This document shows positions 49,573-62,774 of a stretch of 64,000 bases of DNA, in pieces. The number at the start of each line of letters is the position of its first letter. Within the stretch, counting starts at the first letter, position 1. Below the pieces are notes generated by a model. It saw only the letters and a list, made by a program, of their open reading frames with translations, was not told the origin of the DNA and ran no database searches. Made by a program: the position numbers and the translations under genes. Origin of the DNA: Takakia lepidozioides (lineage: Eukaryota; Plantae; Bryophyta); NCBI GenBank assembly GCA_030704615.1, contig CM060731.1:13392001-13456000 (forward strand). Reading direction: 5' to 3'.

Positions 49573-52500
49573 ACAACAATAGTATCAAACACCTTGCAGT
49601 AAATAGGATTGTTGAGGGGATTGTTTTCCCATGAGCGGTGAGCAGAGCGGCCATGAGCATGAGCAGAAGAGAATCGGGAGGGTATATTCATATATATTCG
49701 GCGGAATTACACACTACACCGCCTAATTCCGCGGGCTGAAAAGGGTCTCTGGGTAAATCGGCGCCGAATTACCCCTCCACTCGCGAAAAGTATAAATTAC
49801 TGCACCACAAATGCTGCAGGAAAATAAAATGGAAACGGACTGTGGTATCTGAACAGGTCTGAAAGTGCAGAAAAAATGAGCATGAAACAGACATCTAAAT
49901 TATTGGCCGTCGCAATTTATGGAAAGTGGGGGCAAGTCGGCGCCGATTTCAGACTGTAGCATTTTCCAAAGTCAATCCAAAGTTTGGAATTCAAATATGA
50001 AGACAATGGGGGAATGAAATTTTGCGAAATGAACCATGATGCGAGTGAAACATATATTTGTTTTCAAAAATAGATAAGTAAAATGATACGTCACAATGAC
50101 TGTTTGGAGCTGCAACATCTCCAAAGCCAAAGTAAAGCACAAATGTATTGCAGAAATATGAGCAGAGGTTACAATTGCAAGATATCTATCTTGACTGATA
50201 TAATTTGGCAGCAAAGCCCATAAAAACAAACGCTGTTTTTCTGACTGCAAACTAACTGCTTGAAGCAAAGTTCAAAGAGAAGATCAGGAAAAAGTAAACA
50301 TCCACTATCTTCCTATGTTCACATCCACGGCACGAACCTATGAGTCCACTAGGAACATGTCAAGAATGAGGAGTGGCGAGTCTGCCCTCCACATCCCATT
50401 GTTCATTGCTGGATGAAGATGGCGAACATGAAGGTACAACACGTCTACATTCATGAGGTTCGTGAAGATGTACAGATATTGGAGGCCTGGAGGAAGCTCC
50501 TCTACATTACTGTCGAACTGGCATGCATCAACCTGAAACCTGTTTCGATTTTGCCTTAAAGTCAGCAAGATATTTCCCGGACCAAATGAATGTAAGAGCA
50601 ACTGATGAGTTAGATCCGGGAGATAGTACTGTGGAGGTGCAGTGTACGAATGGTTGTACGACGCCACCAATTCGCCGGTACAACATGTCATGAGGAAGAG
50701 CTGAACATGGCGTTGACCATGTCGATCCCTCACAACAAGGATCCACTGTCTTCCGATTATCGGTCTAACCCATTGTAAGTCGCAGAGAACTGCTCGAAAG
50801 TTGGTGACAGTGCTAGTATTGCCTACACTTGTAAATTGCAACTCTACCCGAATGTCTCCGATTTGTGGTTGTCACCATTGCGAACGTCGGCATCTTGTTT
50901 GCCTAATGCATGAGGGCCTGTTGCATGAAGACATCCTCCTGGTAAATCTGGGAAGTGAAGAAAGTAGGGGCAGAGCATGACGAACATTCAGTGACAATGA
51001 TGTTCGGAAGCGCTAGCGGAGGAATGTTATATTGCGAGTTCGCCTTCCAACGTCCACCTGCTAGGACGAACAAAGACGTTGCACAAGAAAATTCCTGTTT
51101 GGCAGGATGCTCAGAGTGCATTGGCAGACCGGCACATGGGCTGTGGCCATGGCATTGTCAGGTTCGACTATGCAAAGTCATGTGACAGCTACTGAATGTA
51201 AGATATCGGAGAAACACACGTCACGTTCGTAGCTTGTGAATGGCAGCTTTGAACGTCACATGACGTCGAATGTCAGTTGTATGACGACGGAAAAATGAAC
51301 TGAGATGGACACCCTTCTTGAAGTTGTACAAATGCAGTAGTTGAAGTTCTGGTATGATTAACATGTGTGTTGTGGGCTTTCGGATGGAGTTTATTAAAGA
51401 AACAATTTTTTTTAAAAAACATTCTATGGCAGTGAAAGAGAGTTTGCATGTGAGAACTTCCGATACTACAGTCACTAGAAGAAAAAACGGCTTTTTCCAC
51501 GGCTCTGCCATCTCACACCTGGCACATTCCACGGCTTTTATCACGGGTCTGTACACTAAGCCAAGGTGTGGGTCTAAATATGCCCTAACTGTGGGGTGTC
51601 TCACATGTGGTCCACACCCCAGGCAAGAACGGTGTGAAAACAGCCATGAGCGTGGCAGGGGTTGGCTTAGTTTACATGGCATGTTACACACCTGTGTGCA
51701 ATGGGAACATACAATTAACAAAAAACACAAGAAATGGGAACATACACAAGAAGGAGCCTGTGGCCTACTTTTGGTGTCTTGCAAATTGCAATAAGAGGCT
51801 CCGATCTGTTGGCAAGAAGTACCCGTTGCTCCACGATTACTCCCTCTGGTACACATTGACTGGCCTTCCATGCCCTCTCGGATGAGCACGATGTCATGGT
51901 GATCATGGATCGAGGTGAGTGAGGATATACATAGTGTCATTGACATACACCGCAATGTAGATTCATGCACTGTAGCTTCCCGCAATCATCTCATGCATGA
52001 CGTTTTTGCTTCAGTTTTCAGCGTTGGTACTTGTGATGGTGTGATGGTTTGGGGGTGAAGCAGTAGCAATGCAGAGACTATCCACATTTCAGCCTGCGTA
52101 TATTATCCTTTTGGGTTTTGCCTCAAGTTTATGTACTTAACTGGCCTCTCCTGTCAAAAACTGAGTGTCCCCTGTACGACGTTCAGCTTGCCTCTTGTTA
52201 TCTACTTCTCAGACCTTTCAACCATACTGCTTATGAATCTGTAATACTTTTGTTTCATGTGTGGTGCAACAACTTGGTAATGGGCGGTAAAATTACAAGT
52301 GCACATGTGGTGATGTCCACATTCAGAACAAATAACAGCACATCTGGATGGTTGAAGGCATAACGCCCATGAGCTTCCAGCTCTAGCAAGAAAGAGTTTT
52401 ATTTTCGGAAGGACCAAATAATGTGGGGGGTTGCAAATCCATGCAAAGTACACACCCATAATGTGGACTGGTAATTGGTGTCTGTAACACATAATGGTCT

Positions 52501-53625
52501 TTGGATTGCTCACCTCAAGCCCCCCATACAAAGTATGTATGTTTTTCAAAGAAAGGTCATCTCTACAATTCCAACTCGCAATCATGACAAAGCGGGGTGG
52601 TACATGCAGAGGGATGAAGCACCGAATCTCACAAACATGAGAAACAGAGAGAAATCACAAAGCAAAAGATCAACTTTGGCTATATATGAATCTGGAATCT
52701 CCATGATTCTGAATTCATGGGTTCCAAGGTGCCACATACCTTCTTGTGATTCATGAACATTCTCCTCCACCATCACATCGCCTCTAAATTGAGCAATGAT
52801 AGAAGCCTCATCCCTGTCACAGTGAGGGTTTTTAAACAAGCCAAAAAATAGAGTAACCGTGGAACGAGCCCTCTCTATGAGCAAGTCAAAGCCATCATAA
52901 ATAGGGCCACATACTGTCATGTGCGGAGGAATTGAACCTGTAGCCAACTGAATGGCTCTGCCCCATGCATGGCTCTGCCCATGCGACCTGCAAGCACACA
53001 GTCAAAAAAGTGGGGGTTTACGAACTTGCCAAATCCCAAGCATGAACAGAGGGGTCCCATTAGTGGGGAAGACATGTGAATCAGCATCCACAGTTGCAAT
53101 GCCCATCAGATCCAACATGTGACTTGTTGTGCAGATTGTCCCCCGACTGCACCAAACCAGAACAAACATTATAAAGAAGTACATCCCCAACACATTGCAC
53201 CCAACCCCCACAATCTGAACACAGGGAAAATAGAGAGGGGGAGGGAGGAGCAGAGGCATCAGAATTCAGTTCGTAGCTAGAGAGTAAGTAAGGCATGGAT
53301 GTGGGCAGGGGGGGAGATAGTAGAGAGGTGGAGTAACAACTGAAGCAACCCAAAATGCCAACATGACGCTATTGCCTTTTTACCAGGAATCATCTTCCTT
53401 GCTGCTACATTCACAGGGAAAATAACCGCAACAAGTGGATGCTGCAGCACAGGATGTCCGCTGATTTGGGACTCAAAATGCGCCTCAGTGTGCCACTCAA
53501 AATGTCATATAATGCATATGTCATTTTACCAGGCCAGTGGCTGAAGCACAAGGTGTCCAGTGATTTGGAACTGAAAATGTCACTCAGTGTGTCAGTTAAA
53601 ATGTCAACATGACGCTATTGTCCTT

Positions 53626-56600
53626 TTACCAGATGTAGTCATCTTCATCGCTACTACTTTCACTACACTCTTGGTCAGTGTTGCAATCCTCACTATCTCG
53701 GTGCCATGGTTCGTCCCTTCGTGGGGGCCTCATCATAGCAATAGTAGCCATCTCAGCTTCGGTAAGGGTTGTTGAAGGTCCAAATTCTGTGTTGGGATTC
53801 ACATCCTCCAATGCCTCCGCCACTTGCATCCTTACGCATGACTCATTCTCACCCAAGCTGACACCAGTGACATCATGTACCACGCGCCGTGAGCGCGGCT
53901 CCTTCTGAAGTACTACTTTCCAGTTACCAGCGTTGGAGGGCTCATCTGCAAAAAAAAACTTGCTCGACTTGCCATGGAAATGTGAATGGTTCATCTCCCG
54001 GTGGCAACATGCGATCGAAGTCCACGAGTAGGAAACCATACTCATCCTTCTTCATGGTGCGGTTGCGACCTGTCAAGCTTGCTCTGACCCATTCACATAT
54101 GAATACTACAGGAGTGACAGCACCATACTGAAGCTGTAAAATTTCACGAACAACACCAACATATTGCAGCTGGTTCATGACAGGGTTACCATCCACGCCC
54201 CTTCCCGTTGACTCTTTGGCAAAAATCTGTGCAACCCCAAAGTCGAATGTGACATGGTAATCAACCACACCTGTTTCCACCACTCTGTAGTGATTTCCGT
54301 ATGCCCACATAGACCGAAATGAGCGAGCAACAAACCCTGGTGGCTTACACAGATGACGAATATTTGCATCATACGTTGCTCCTCTTGAAACAACATTTTG
54401 TACTGCCGACTGTATCCACATATGAAAAGCAAGCAAAGGCAACATGTTCTCGGGGTATGGAACGGTGCGTTGGTGTGCATTTATCCCTTGGGTGGTGTAT
54501 GTGGCTCGAAATTCGGCTCTGGCTGATTCTATGGTGGCCTTCTCAATATCATAAAGTCTGGTCATACTCAATTCACACTTAGTCAGGACCATAGTATGTA
54601 CAAAGAGGCTGAGTGAAAATTGAGAATGCGCCAATTTTGTGTCCGGAAATGGCCCCCAGAGTTAGCATGTGAAGCCAAATAAATGATGTATACTTACCTC
54701 AGAAACGGTCTCATGCACGCCGTGTTGTGAAGCACATAGTCGTGTGCACTAGCCCGAAGCTCAGCCGACAGTTTCCTTGGAGTTCCAAAGCCCTCTAATA
54801 CTTCTCCCGCAACACTTTCTTCTTCGTTGCAATCCCAGACCCTTCTACGAGTTCCTGGAAATGCAGCCATGTACTCTGTGAGGAGGCCAAGAGCCTCATC
54901 AAGAGAATATCTCCTGGCCATGCAACCTTCTGGCCGGGCATAGCTCTTCACATATCCCTTCAAATTTTTCATGTACCTCTCGATGGGGTACATCCAACGC
55001 GAACTAACAGGACCACAAACCTCCAATTCATTCACAAGGTGTAGCACAAGGTGGGTCATGAGATCGAAGAATGAGGGGGGAAACTCTTTCTCCAACAAAC
55101 AAAGCGTTACAACCACATCCTCCTTTAGGGCTGGTAGTTCCTCGGGATCCACTGTTTTCATGCACAATGCGCGAAATACACGAGATAGCTTCATGATTGC
55201 GAGCCTTGGACCTTTGCCCAGCAAACCTCGATTGCACAAAGGTAGAACTTGTTGCATTAGTAGATGGTAGTCATGACTCTTCATGTGTGAAAGCTTGTTC
55301 TTAGCAATATGCTTCTTAAATGAAGCACCATACCCTGTCGGTGTCTTTAGAGCACCCAAAGTTGCATAGAAGGTAGTAGTTTCCTGTCGATTCAACACGT
55401 AAGGAGCCTGCGGCTTCACCAACTTCCTGCCATCTCCGGGGTGGGGTTTTAACCATAAGTGAGGTCGTATGCCCTCATTCTCCATGTCCTTCCTGCTCTT
55501 TACTGTGTCCTTTTCCCCCAATATGGTGCGCAATATGTTTTCAGAAATGTTTTTTTCACAGTGCATAACATCAAGGGTATATCGTATCAACAAATCCTGC
55601 AATCATGGAACCACCATCAATATGGTATACTTTGATGGTAAAGCCAAGATATGACATCTTAATAATGGGAAAAGGAAGAAACCAGCCTTGCATGCTGCAG
55701 ACAGTATCCAGAGAGACAAAAGCCAGATATTTTCATGGAAACAACCATATTGCTGCTACATGTGCCATACATAAGCGACTCCAACCTTGCTTCATGCAAT
55801 TTGCATTAGGCTGAAATCTAAGTCGTGTGTGATGATCCTTACAACTGTATCCATGCAACTATGAAATCAGCCCTGCCGACAAACAAACAATGAAGACATA
55901 CCCACCTTCCAATATGGCAGGTTCCAAAGGATCGACCTTCGCTTCATGCCATGGGATTTGGCAGGGCACACATTCGGGCGACGGCTGCCAAATGTTTCCA
56001 TGAACCTCTCGTTTTCCTCCGCATTTTGGAGCTGATCCATAGTGGATACTTGGGGGGGGGGGTGGTCTGTGATCGGAGGCTCCATTGAAGTGGTTGCGAT
56101 TGCGTCTATATGGATGGCCTACTGGTAAGAATTTTCTGTGCCCCTAGTACACCATTTTGCTCAGTGCACTGGAGTGCCGGGACAAGCCTTGTAGCCCCCA
56201 GGATCCAGGTCCAGGTCCTTGAGGATCTGCACACCCTGCTAGCATGGCATATGCAGGATAGTCATGTACTGACCACATCAGAATGGCTCTCATGACAAAG
56301 GTCCTTGATCCTTCATTGCCAGATGCATCATTAGCCCTAACACCTTCCCACAACACGGTTAGCTCATCCACCAGAGGCTGCAAGAACACATCCGCATTGG
56401 TCTTCTTCACGGATGTCGGCCCTGGAATTAAGAGAGTCAACATCATAAAAAAAGGCTTTGTGCTCAGCCAAGGAGGAAGGTTGTACGTAGTTCATGAGCA
56501 AGACTGGCCACGTAGACCATTTTGTTGATTTATCACCAAAGGGATTGATACCATCCCATGCCAGACCTAGTCGCAAGTTGCGAGGTTCAACTGCAAAAGC

Positions 56601-57745
56601 AGGCCATGTATCGTCAATGTATTTCCATGCAAGGCTATCAGGCGGGTGTCTCATCTTCCCACCTTGACTTTGGTTCTCCATGTGCCACACCATAAGCTTA
56701 GATATCTCATTGCACTTGTACATGCGCTGCAGCCGGGGAATCAAGGGGAAATTTCGCAAGACCTTCTGTGGAACCAACGTCTTCATGCCAGGGATGTACC
56801 GAGGCGCCCCACATTTAGGGCAAGATGGTGCATCCTGCAGATCTCCCCTGTATAGCACACATCCCTTCTCACAAGCATGGATGCTATCGTAATTAAGCCC
56901 AACTTTTGTTATAAGTTTCTTCGCTTCGTAATGAGATTTGGGCAAAAAGTTCCCTTTAGGCAATAGATGTCCGTGAAAAAGTTTCAGAAGCTCATCCATC
57001 GCTGTGTTTGTGACACCATGAGTAGCACTAACATTGAGCAAAAGCAACGTCGCACTCAAGCAGCTGGTGGGGCAGCCAACATACAGAGGTTTGGTTGCTT
57101 GATGCTGAAATTGGAAAGCAGCACCGTCATCCCCATCCCCATGACTTTGTCCATCATGATGGCACTCGTCTTCTCCAAGCCCTTCATCCTCATTAATGGT
57201 GCTTTGCACATTATCTGCAACTGCAAATGTTTCCTGCAACATGCGAATGATGTCGCATCGGGGTCTAGATTCTCTCCACCACGAACAGGAACAGGGCTAA
57301 TCTGTCTTTCCACATCATCCTCAGGGGGGCTACGTTCTTCCACAAAGTCTTCGTCTTCGGAGTCGACACTCTCCACTTGCATGTTCACCTGCAAACTATA
57401 AGAGTATAGTCTTGTCCAAAATGTAACGTCTTGCATAAAACAGGGAATCTCCAAATTGACCGTGCTAGTTTCCATACAGTAGTCCACCGTACATGTACAG
57501 TGGAGGGCCGTTCAACATTACCATTCTAAGGGCTTCATCCTAAGTTATGTCTGCGAGAAGTGAGGCGAGAGATGCACGTTACTCACCATGGGATAACCCA
57601 ACAGTGGATCCCGGTCGTTGGCAAGCAAATGCAATTTGGCAGTTTCCACGAATTGGAGTCGACCCCCATGGCAGTTGTTGCAAGGACACATTATCTTTGA
57701 AATACCTAGTCTAGTTGCACGTCGTTCCTCCTTTCCACGTAACAC
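53626..57745 (-). pseudogene. En/Spm TnpD-like transposase, spliced and frameshifted
   Basis: CPCNNC..HL (transposase-associated domain); IHACEKGC..CPKC, PLIPRLQR, RNLRLGLAWDGINPF (Transposase_21); LDVMHCEKN, KSHDYH, WMYPIERYM (DUF4218); DEPFTFPWQVEQVFF (DUF4216). Confidence 0.93.
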
Positions 57746-58275
57746 TGGTGCGTTTTATCCCCTGGCATTCAGAGGTATGCACAGTATGAACAACAGACTG
57801 CTCATGTTCCAGCCGCCCCTGAAATTCACCCGCCCTTTTCTCAGTCGTACAATGCAAACAGCCCGTCAGGGGAGAACCGGTCATGTGCTGTTCCGTGTGG
57901 GGCATTTCCGCAAACTGGGGAAGCACAACATGCTCCTGTTCAGCATGGGCACTACCACGAAGGTGTGTGGTACCCTCACCCCAACCCTCCCCCACCTGCG
58001 CATCCTCCCCAGGCAACGTATCCCAGAAGCCCCATGTATAGTGCGTCGTTGCATGGCCCTTATTCCAGGCAGCCCATAGCTTCACCCAATTGCAACGCTT
58101 CGCGGCCTCTTCAATTCCCAAGCTCACCAGCTCCGAGCACAGATTATGTTCCTGCCCACCCCACACCCCACGTTGGTGCGTGGCAGGGTTCATGTCCGCC
58201 TGAAAGGCCCCATGTTGCAGGTTGTGAGGGAGGAGAGGAGGCCCGTGATCCAATATGACTCCAGATGCGTAACAT

Positions 58276-58818
58276 TTGACTGGCAAGGACAGAGCCAATT
58301 TTTTGTGCAAGGCGAGGAGAGTAGCACGGAGAGGGTTGAAGGAAAAATCTTGTGCAAATGTAGTTGCTGGGCAAAAGAGATTCATAGTTGCGTGTGGCAA
58401 AAAGGGCCCATACGGGGATGCATGGAATGACTGGCTGGCAGCCCTGCGAGGGCAATGCCAACGTGTGCTGGACTGTTCTGTGCCCATCCATCTTCAACCT
58501 CAAAGTCTGATTGACGAGGTGGGTGAACTATTAGCAGATGATTGGAAATATTTACCTCCTGGGATAACTGGCGCCCAACTTCGAACTGAGATTGGAGGCG
58601 TCATTAAATACCAGCGCATCAAACTGTTTAGAAAAGTGTACTCCCGTGGCAAACCTAAGCCCCACTATGTTGCGGACAAGACTTGGGCAGAACTTGTGAG
58701 GCATTGGAACACGCCCGAATGGCAAAAGAGTCGTGATAATGGCAAGCATGCATAGGGGCATGTTGGTGCCCCTTCGAGATCTGGACGCAGTGGCCTTAGC
58801 GGCGTTGAGGAACGTCTG
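58276..58818 (+). pseudogene. TnpA/Ptta-like (Transposase_24-like) exon
   Basis: KPHYVADKTWAELVRHWNTPEWQKSRDNGKHA*GHVGAPSRSGRSG, followed by a GT donor. Confidence 0.6.
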
Positions 58819-59050
58819 GTAAATCTACCTGTCTCATGACATTGCCAATATATTCAGGTAGTGAGGTGTCTTGTCATTTGTATCTTACTCTTAGAGGATG
58901 GCATTCTCCCTGTCCTCTAGGAAGCCTATTGACATTGGGTGGACTTGAAACGGGAGTACATTAATGTCTCTGTGACTAAATGCCGGCCCTGTGACCTCGT
59001 GTCCTTGTTTGTTTCGACCTGAAGCGCTTTGCTTCAGGTAAGGTAGTGCA

Positions 59051-61230
59051 TTGGATTTAGTTGGAAAGCTTGGGGCCTTTCCCTCTTTAGAATATGCCTA
59101 CACGGGTCAGCAAGTACAAGCGCTGAAGACTACTAAAGGTGCAGTGGTGACTCCATCGGTTGACATTGTCAAAACCTTTGAAACTCACTACAGTATCCTT
59201 GGCAGAACTTCTAGGTCTAACAGTGAGGGGTCTTCTGCTGAATGGAGGGACACAGTTGGAAAAACTGTTCCTATGATTCAAAACAGCCCTGATGAACTGG
59301 AGTATATTTCAATGGCTTATAATGCTCCCATTAGTTCTTCTGAGATTGTGGAAGCAATTGAACATTTAAATGGATATAAAGCTGGTGGACCTGATGGTAT
59401 TGTCAACTATCAAGCACGGTGGCGATCCCATGATAGAGGCCCTAGTTCTCATCTTTAACCTTATCTGGAAGACTGAAATGATCCCCTTTTGCTGGCGACA
59501 GGGGGTCATTGTCAATCTATACAAGAAGGGTGACAGAGAAGAACCGGGGAACTACCGTGGCATCACGCTCCTCAATGCTGTTGGCAAGACATTCTGCAGA
59601 GTTATAAGTATTCGTCTCGAGGACAGTCTAGAGGTTGTTTCCACGAAGGCCAAGCTGGCTTTCGGCGAAACAGGGGCTGTGTGGATCATATCTTCACTCT
59701 AAGCCAGATTATCCAAGGAAGGAAAAAAGAAGGGAAACACAGTGTGGAGAGATGGCCTATGGTTCCGCCTCTGGTCTTGTGGGATCAAGGGAAAGATGTG
59801 GAGAGTTGTCCACAACTTGTATGCTCACACCAAAAGCTGTGTCACTGTTAACGGACAAAAGTCCAACTTCTTTGACATAGACCAAGGTGTAGCTCAAGGA
59901 TGTACTCTCTCCCCTCTGCTCTTCAATGTTTTCATCAATCAACTCCTCGAGGATGTGGAAAGTGGGGGATTTGGGTTAAGGGTGGGTGATACCACCATAC
60001 CAGCCCTTATGTTTGCGGATGACTTCGCAGGCATAGGGGAGACTCCAACCAATCTCCAGGAGTTGATTGATTGCGCGAAGAGATACTTTGATCTTTGGGG
60101 GCTAGAGGCTAATGTCAGCAAATGTGCAGTGGTAGCATTCAACGACAGAGGAGAGGGAGGAAGTGATCTTAAGTGGCAGTGGGGTAGCCAAGAGATCCCG
60201 GTCCTCCCTTCCTACACATACCTGGGCGTTGAGTTCTCCTCCAATTGTAATTGGGATGCACATATCCGGAAAGTTGTTCAAACTGGCAAGGGCAAAGTTC
60301 TGGGGCTCACTAAATTTTTCCACTGCAGAGGGGTCAACTCTGAGGTTAAGAAAACCATGCTTTGTCGCGTTATTAGACCTACCTTGGAGTACGGATATGC
60401 TATATGGGTTGATAACTCCAACCAGGCTAAGTCTCTAGAATCCATTCAAGTGGGGGTGCTTAAGGAGTGTATGTCAGCATGCTCCAAAACAGCCAATGTG
60501 GCTGTTCGGGGTGAGTTTGGCATTCCGTCCTTAAGCTCCCGACGAGATGAATTCAAGGTCAGATGGTGGGGTCAGCTACAACATATGCCCAACACCAGAC
60601 CCTGCTGGATAAATCTGACTTAGAGGCTGTAGTGTCCTCAGCCATGTCTGTTGCCATGAGATTGTTTGATAAAAATGAAGTTAGGCAGAAAACTTCCCTG
60701 AACTTGTTTCCAGTCTGTGACATGGGGGAGGACATCTTGGATGACCTCAAGGGTCTACCCACTCTCGGCACTAGACTGAAATTTAAATTCAGGGCAGGAA
60801 GCCTACCTTTGAACAGCAAACAGAAGCAGAGAGGAAAGGGAGAGTGCAATTGCCCGTTGTGTGGGCAATCTGAAGACAATATTCATTTTCTGATACACTG
60901 TCCGGGGTTCTCTCACCAAAGAGACGCTCTCTTCAAATCTATTAAGGGAATTGTGCCTGTACCCCTGTTTACCAACTTTGAAGTCTCGAGGCTGAGCCAA
61001 AAGCCCAGGCCCTCCTGAGGCCTAGTTTTTGGGCAAATCACACATAGCAGATTGATGCTTGTGTGAAGGGATTTCTAGAGGATATCTGGAAAACCCGGAT
61101 TAATTCTTTATATGGAGGTAAGTCTTACTACCAACGTCAGCCCCTGACAGAGGTAGGTTCTGTCCCTTTTTTTCCCGCTCAAATTGGGCGCGGGGTCAAT
61201 GGCCACAAGGCTACGGCAGTCCACACTGTC
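59051..61230 (+). mobile_element. 5'-truncated non-LTR retrotransposon (LINE) inside the CACTA
   Basis: KAGGPDG, LYKKGDREEPGNYRGITLL, QAGFR, GVAQGCTLSPLLF, LMFADD, YTYLGV and C-terminal CPLC..H...HCP; frameshifts; the FxDxxKAFD block is deleted near 59735; ends approximate. Confidence 0.9.
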
Positions 61231-61519
61231 AGTTTCACAGTCCATGTGAAATATGACTCATATACATAAACACAATTCCAAAGCACTGCGGCAACAACCT
61301 GCTCATGACATGTACAATTGACTAAGCATGGCCAGAACAACAGAAAGAATGACCAGATGCAAGGGTGCTTCAAAGTTGGGTGCGCCCTTCATTGCCCAAA
61401 TAAAGTTTAGTCTGAACATGCAAGTATTGCAGAGTCTGCACTGCTGATCACAACCCACAATGTACCCAAATCCTACATTGATGCGCACAATAACGAAAAA
61501 AAGGTGAAATCGATATGAA

Positions 61520-62774
61520 GTGGCATTCAGTCAAAATTGCCTTCAAGTTGAGGATCCCCCACAACCTCATGTTCGGGTCACTTTGAGGAACTTGGCAGAC
61601 CACAGGGCTGTGCTGCCTACAGTGTCACTGAGCATCACAATGGGAGGCCTAACATCATTGTTGGGGTATGGTAGAGCAACATCTGCCCCATGTACTGATT
61701 CAACCGAGACAACATGATAATCGGCATGAACGACATAAGCCAGCTAGTCAGTCGACATGCCCAATATATGGCCCACGCCTGCCTTCCGTTTGGGTGCATT
61801 GGGGTCCTTGTCACCAACTTGAAACTGGGACAACCAACACCACCAATGTGTGCCCTTGTCATTTGTTATGCACATGCAACAGTTATGGACAGGGAAAACG
61901 CGAGATGCCATCATATAGCCCTACAAACAAAATACGGATGTACTTCCAAGAAGGAAAACTTACAACAGGTGCCGGCGCTTTGAAGCTTCCCATACGGCTC
62001 CCATCAACGTTGCTGGCAGCAAGTCTTGCGGACTTCTTCCTCATATTCACCGCAACAATTTCCTTTGGTGGCTTCTGAATCAATAGAAACCCACACATGT
62101 ACACAAAAGTCATGAATGGCCTGCAAGTATTGCATAATCGACTTGGAACAGCACAAGAATATAGGAACACGAGTACTTACCTTCCATACAACGGCCAATT
62201 TTGTTGTTGAATCAATGTTCTTCCCTGCCCCAACAATAACCACTCATGTGCCCTTAGCCCCTGCCCCTATGTCTTGGGCACTCTGTCTAAGTTCACTGCC
62301 GGTGTGATCCTCCAGTACAGGCACTCCCTTCTCAATAAGGGGGGATATGTCATCATTGGCACCATAATTAAGGCAAGGATCGTCACATGCCACGTTCTGA
62401 ACTTTGTCCTCACCTGTGGCATCTTCTTCCACAATACTGCCCCATTTCCTTTGTCCACTGCCTCCACTGCTAGGAGGCTGCTCACCTGTACTTGTCATTT
62501 CCACAGTAGTCGCAGGTGGGACAACACCATGAACAGGGGGCGACAACTCACACACAATGTTTGATGTTGATGGAGATTCATCTCTCGGCAGGTCCAAACC
62601 GAGCTTCGCTGCCAATGCCATGTTGAACTTGTCTGTCTTAGATACTGCAGCGGAAAACATGGATTTCACTACCTGCAATTCCAATTTGTGCTCCATTGAG
62701 CTGGCCTCCATTGTATGTTTCCATCCTTCCAAGCCATCAAGCCGAGAAGCCAATGCTCCAAGGCCCTGCCACAA
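61520..62774 (-). other. Unidentified spliced ORF remnants within the CACTA
   Basis: Exon-like ORF 62244-62774 (coiled-coil-like, then low complexity) with nearby GT/AG sites; no recognisable domain. Confidence 0.3.

Noticed and set aside
52640-52740. IPDSYIAKVDLLLCDF as the missing methyltransferase motif IV
   Set aside because: It lacks the PP(Y/F) residues and lies in a different element 20 kb away.
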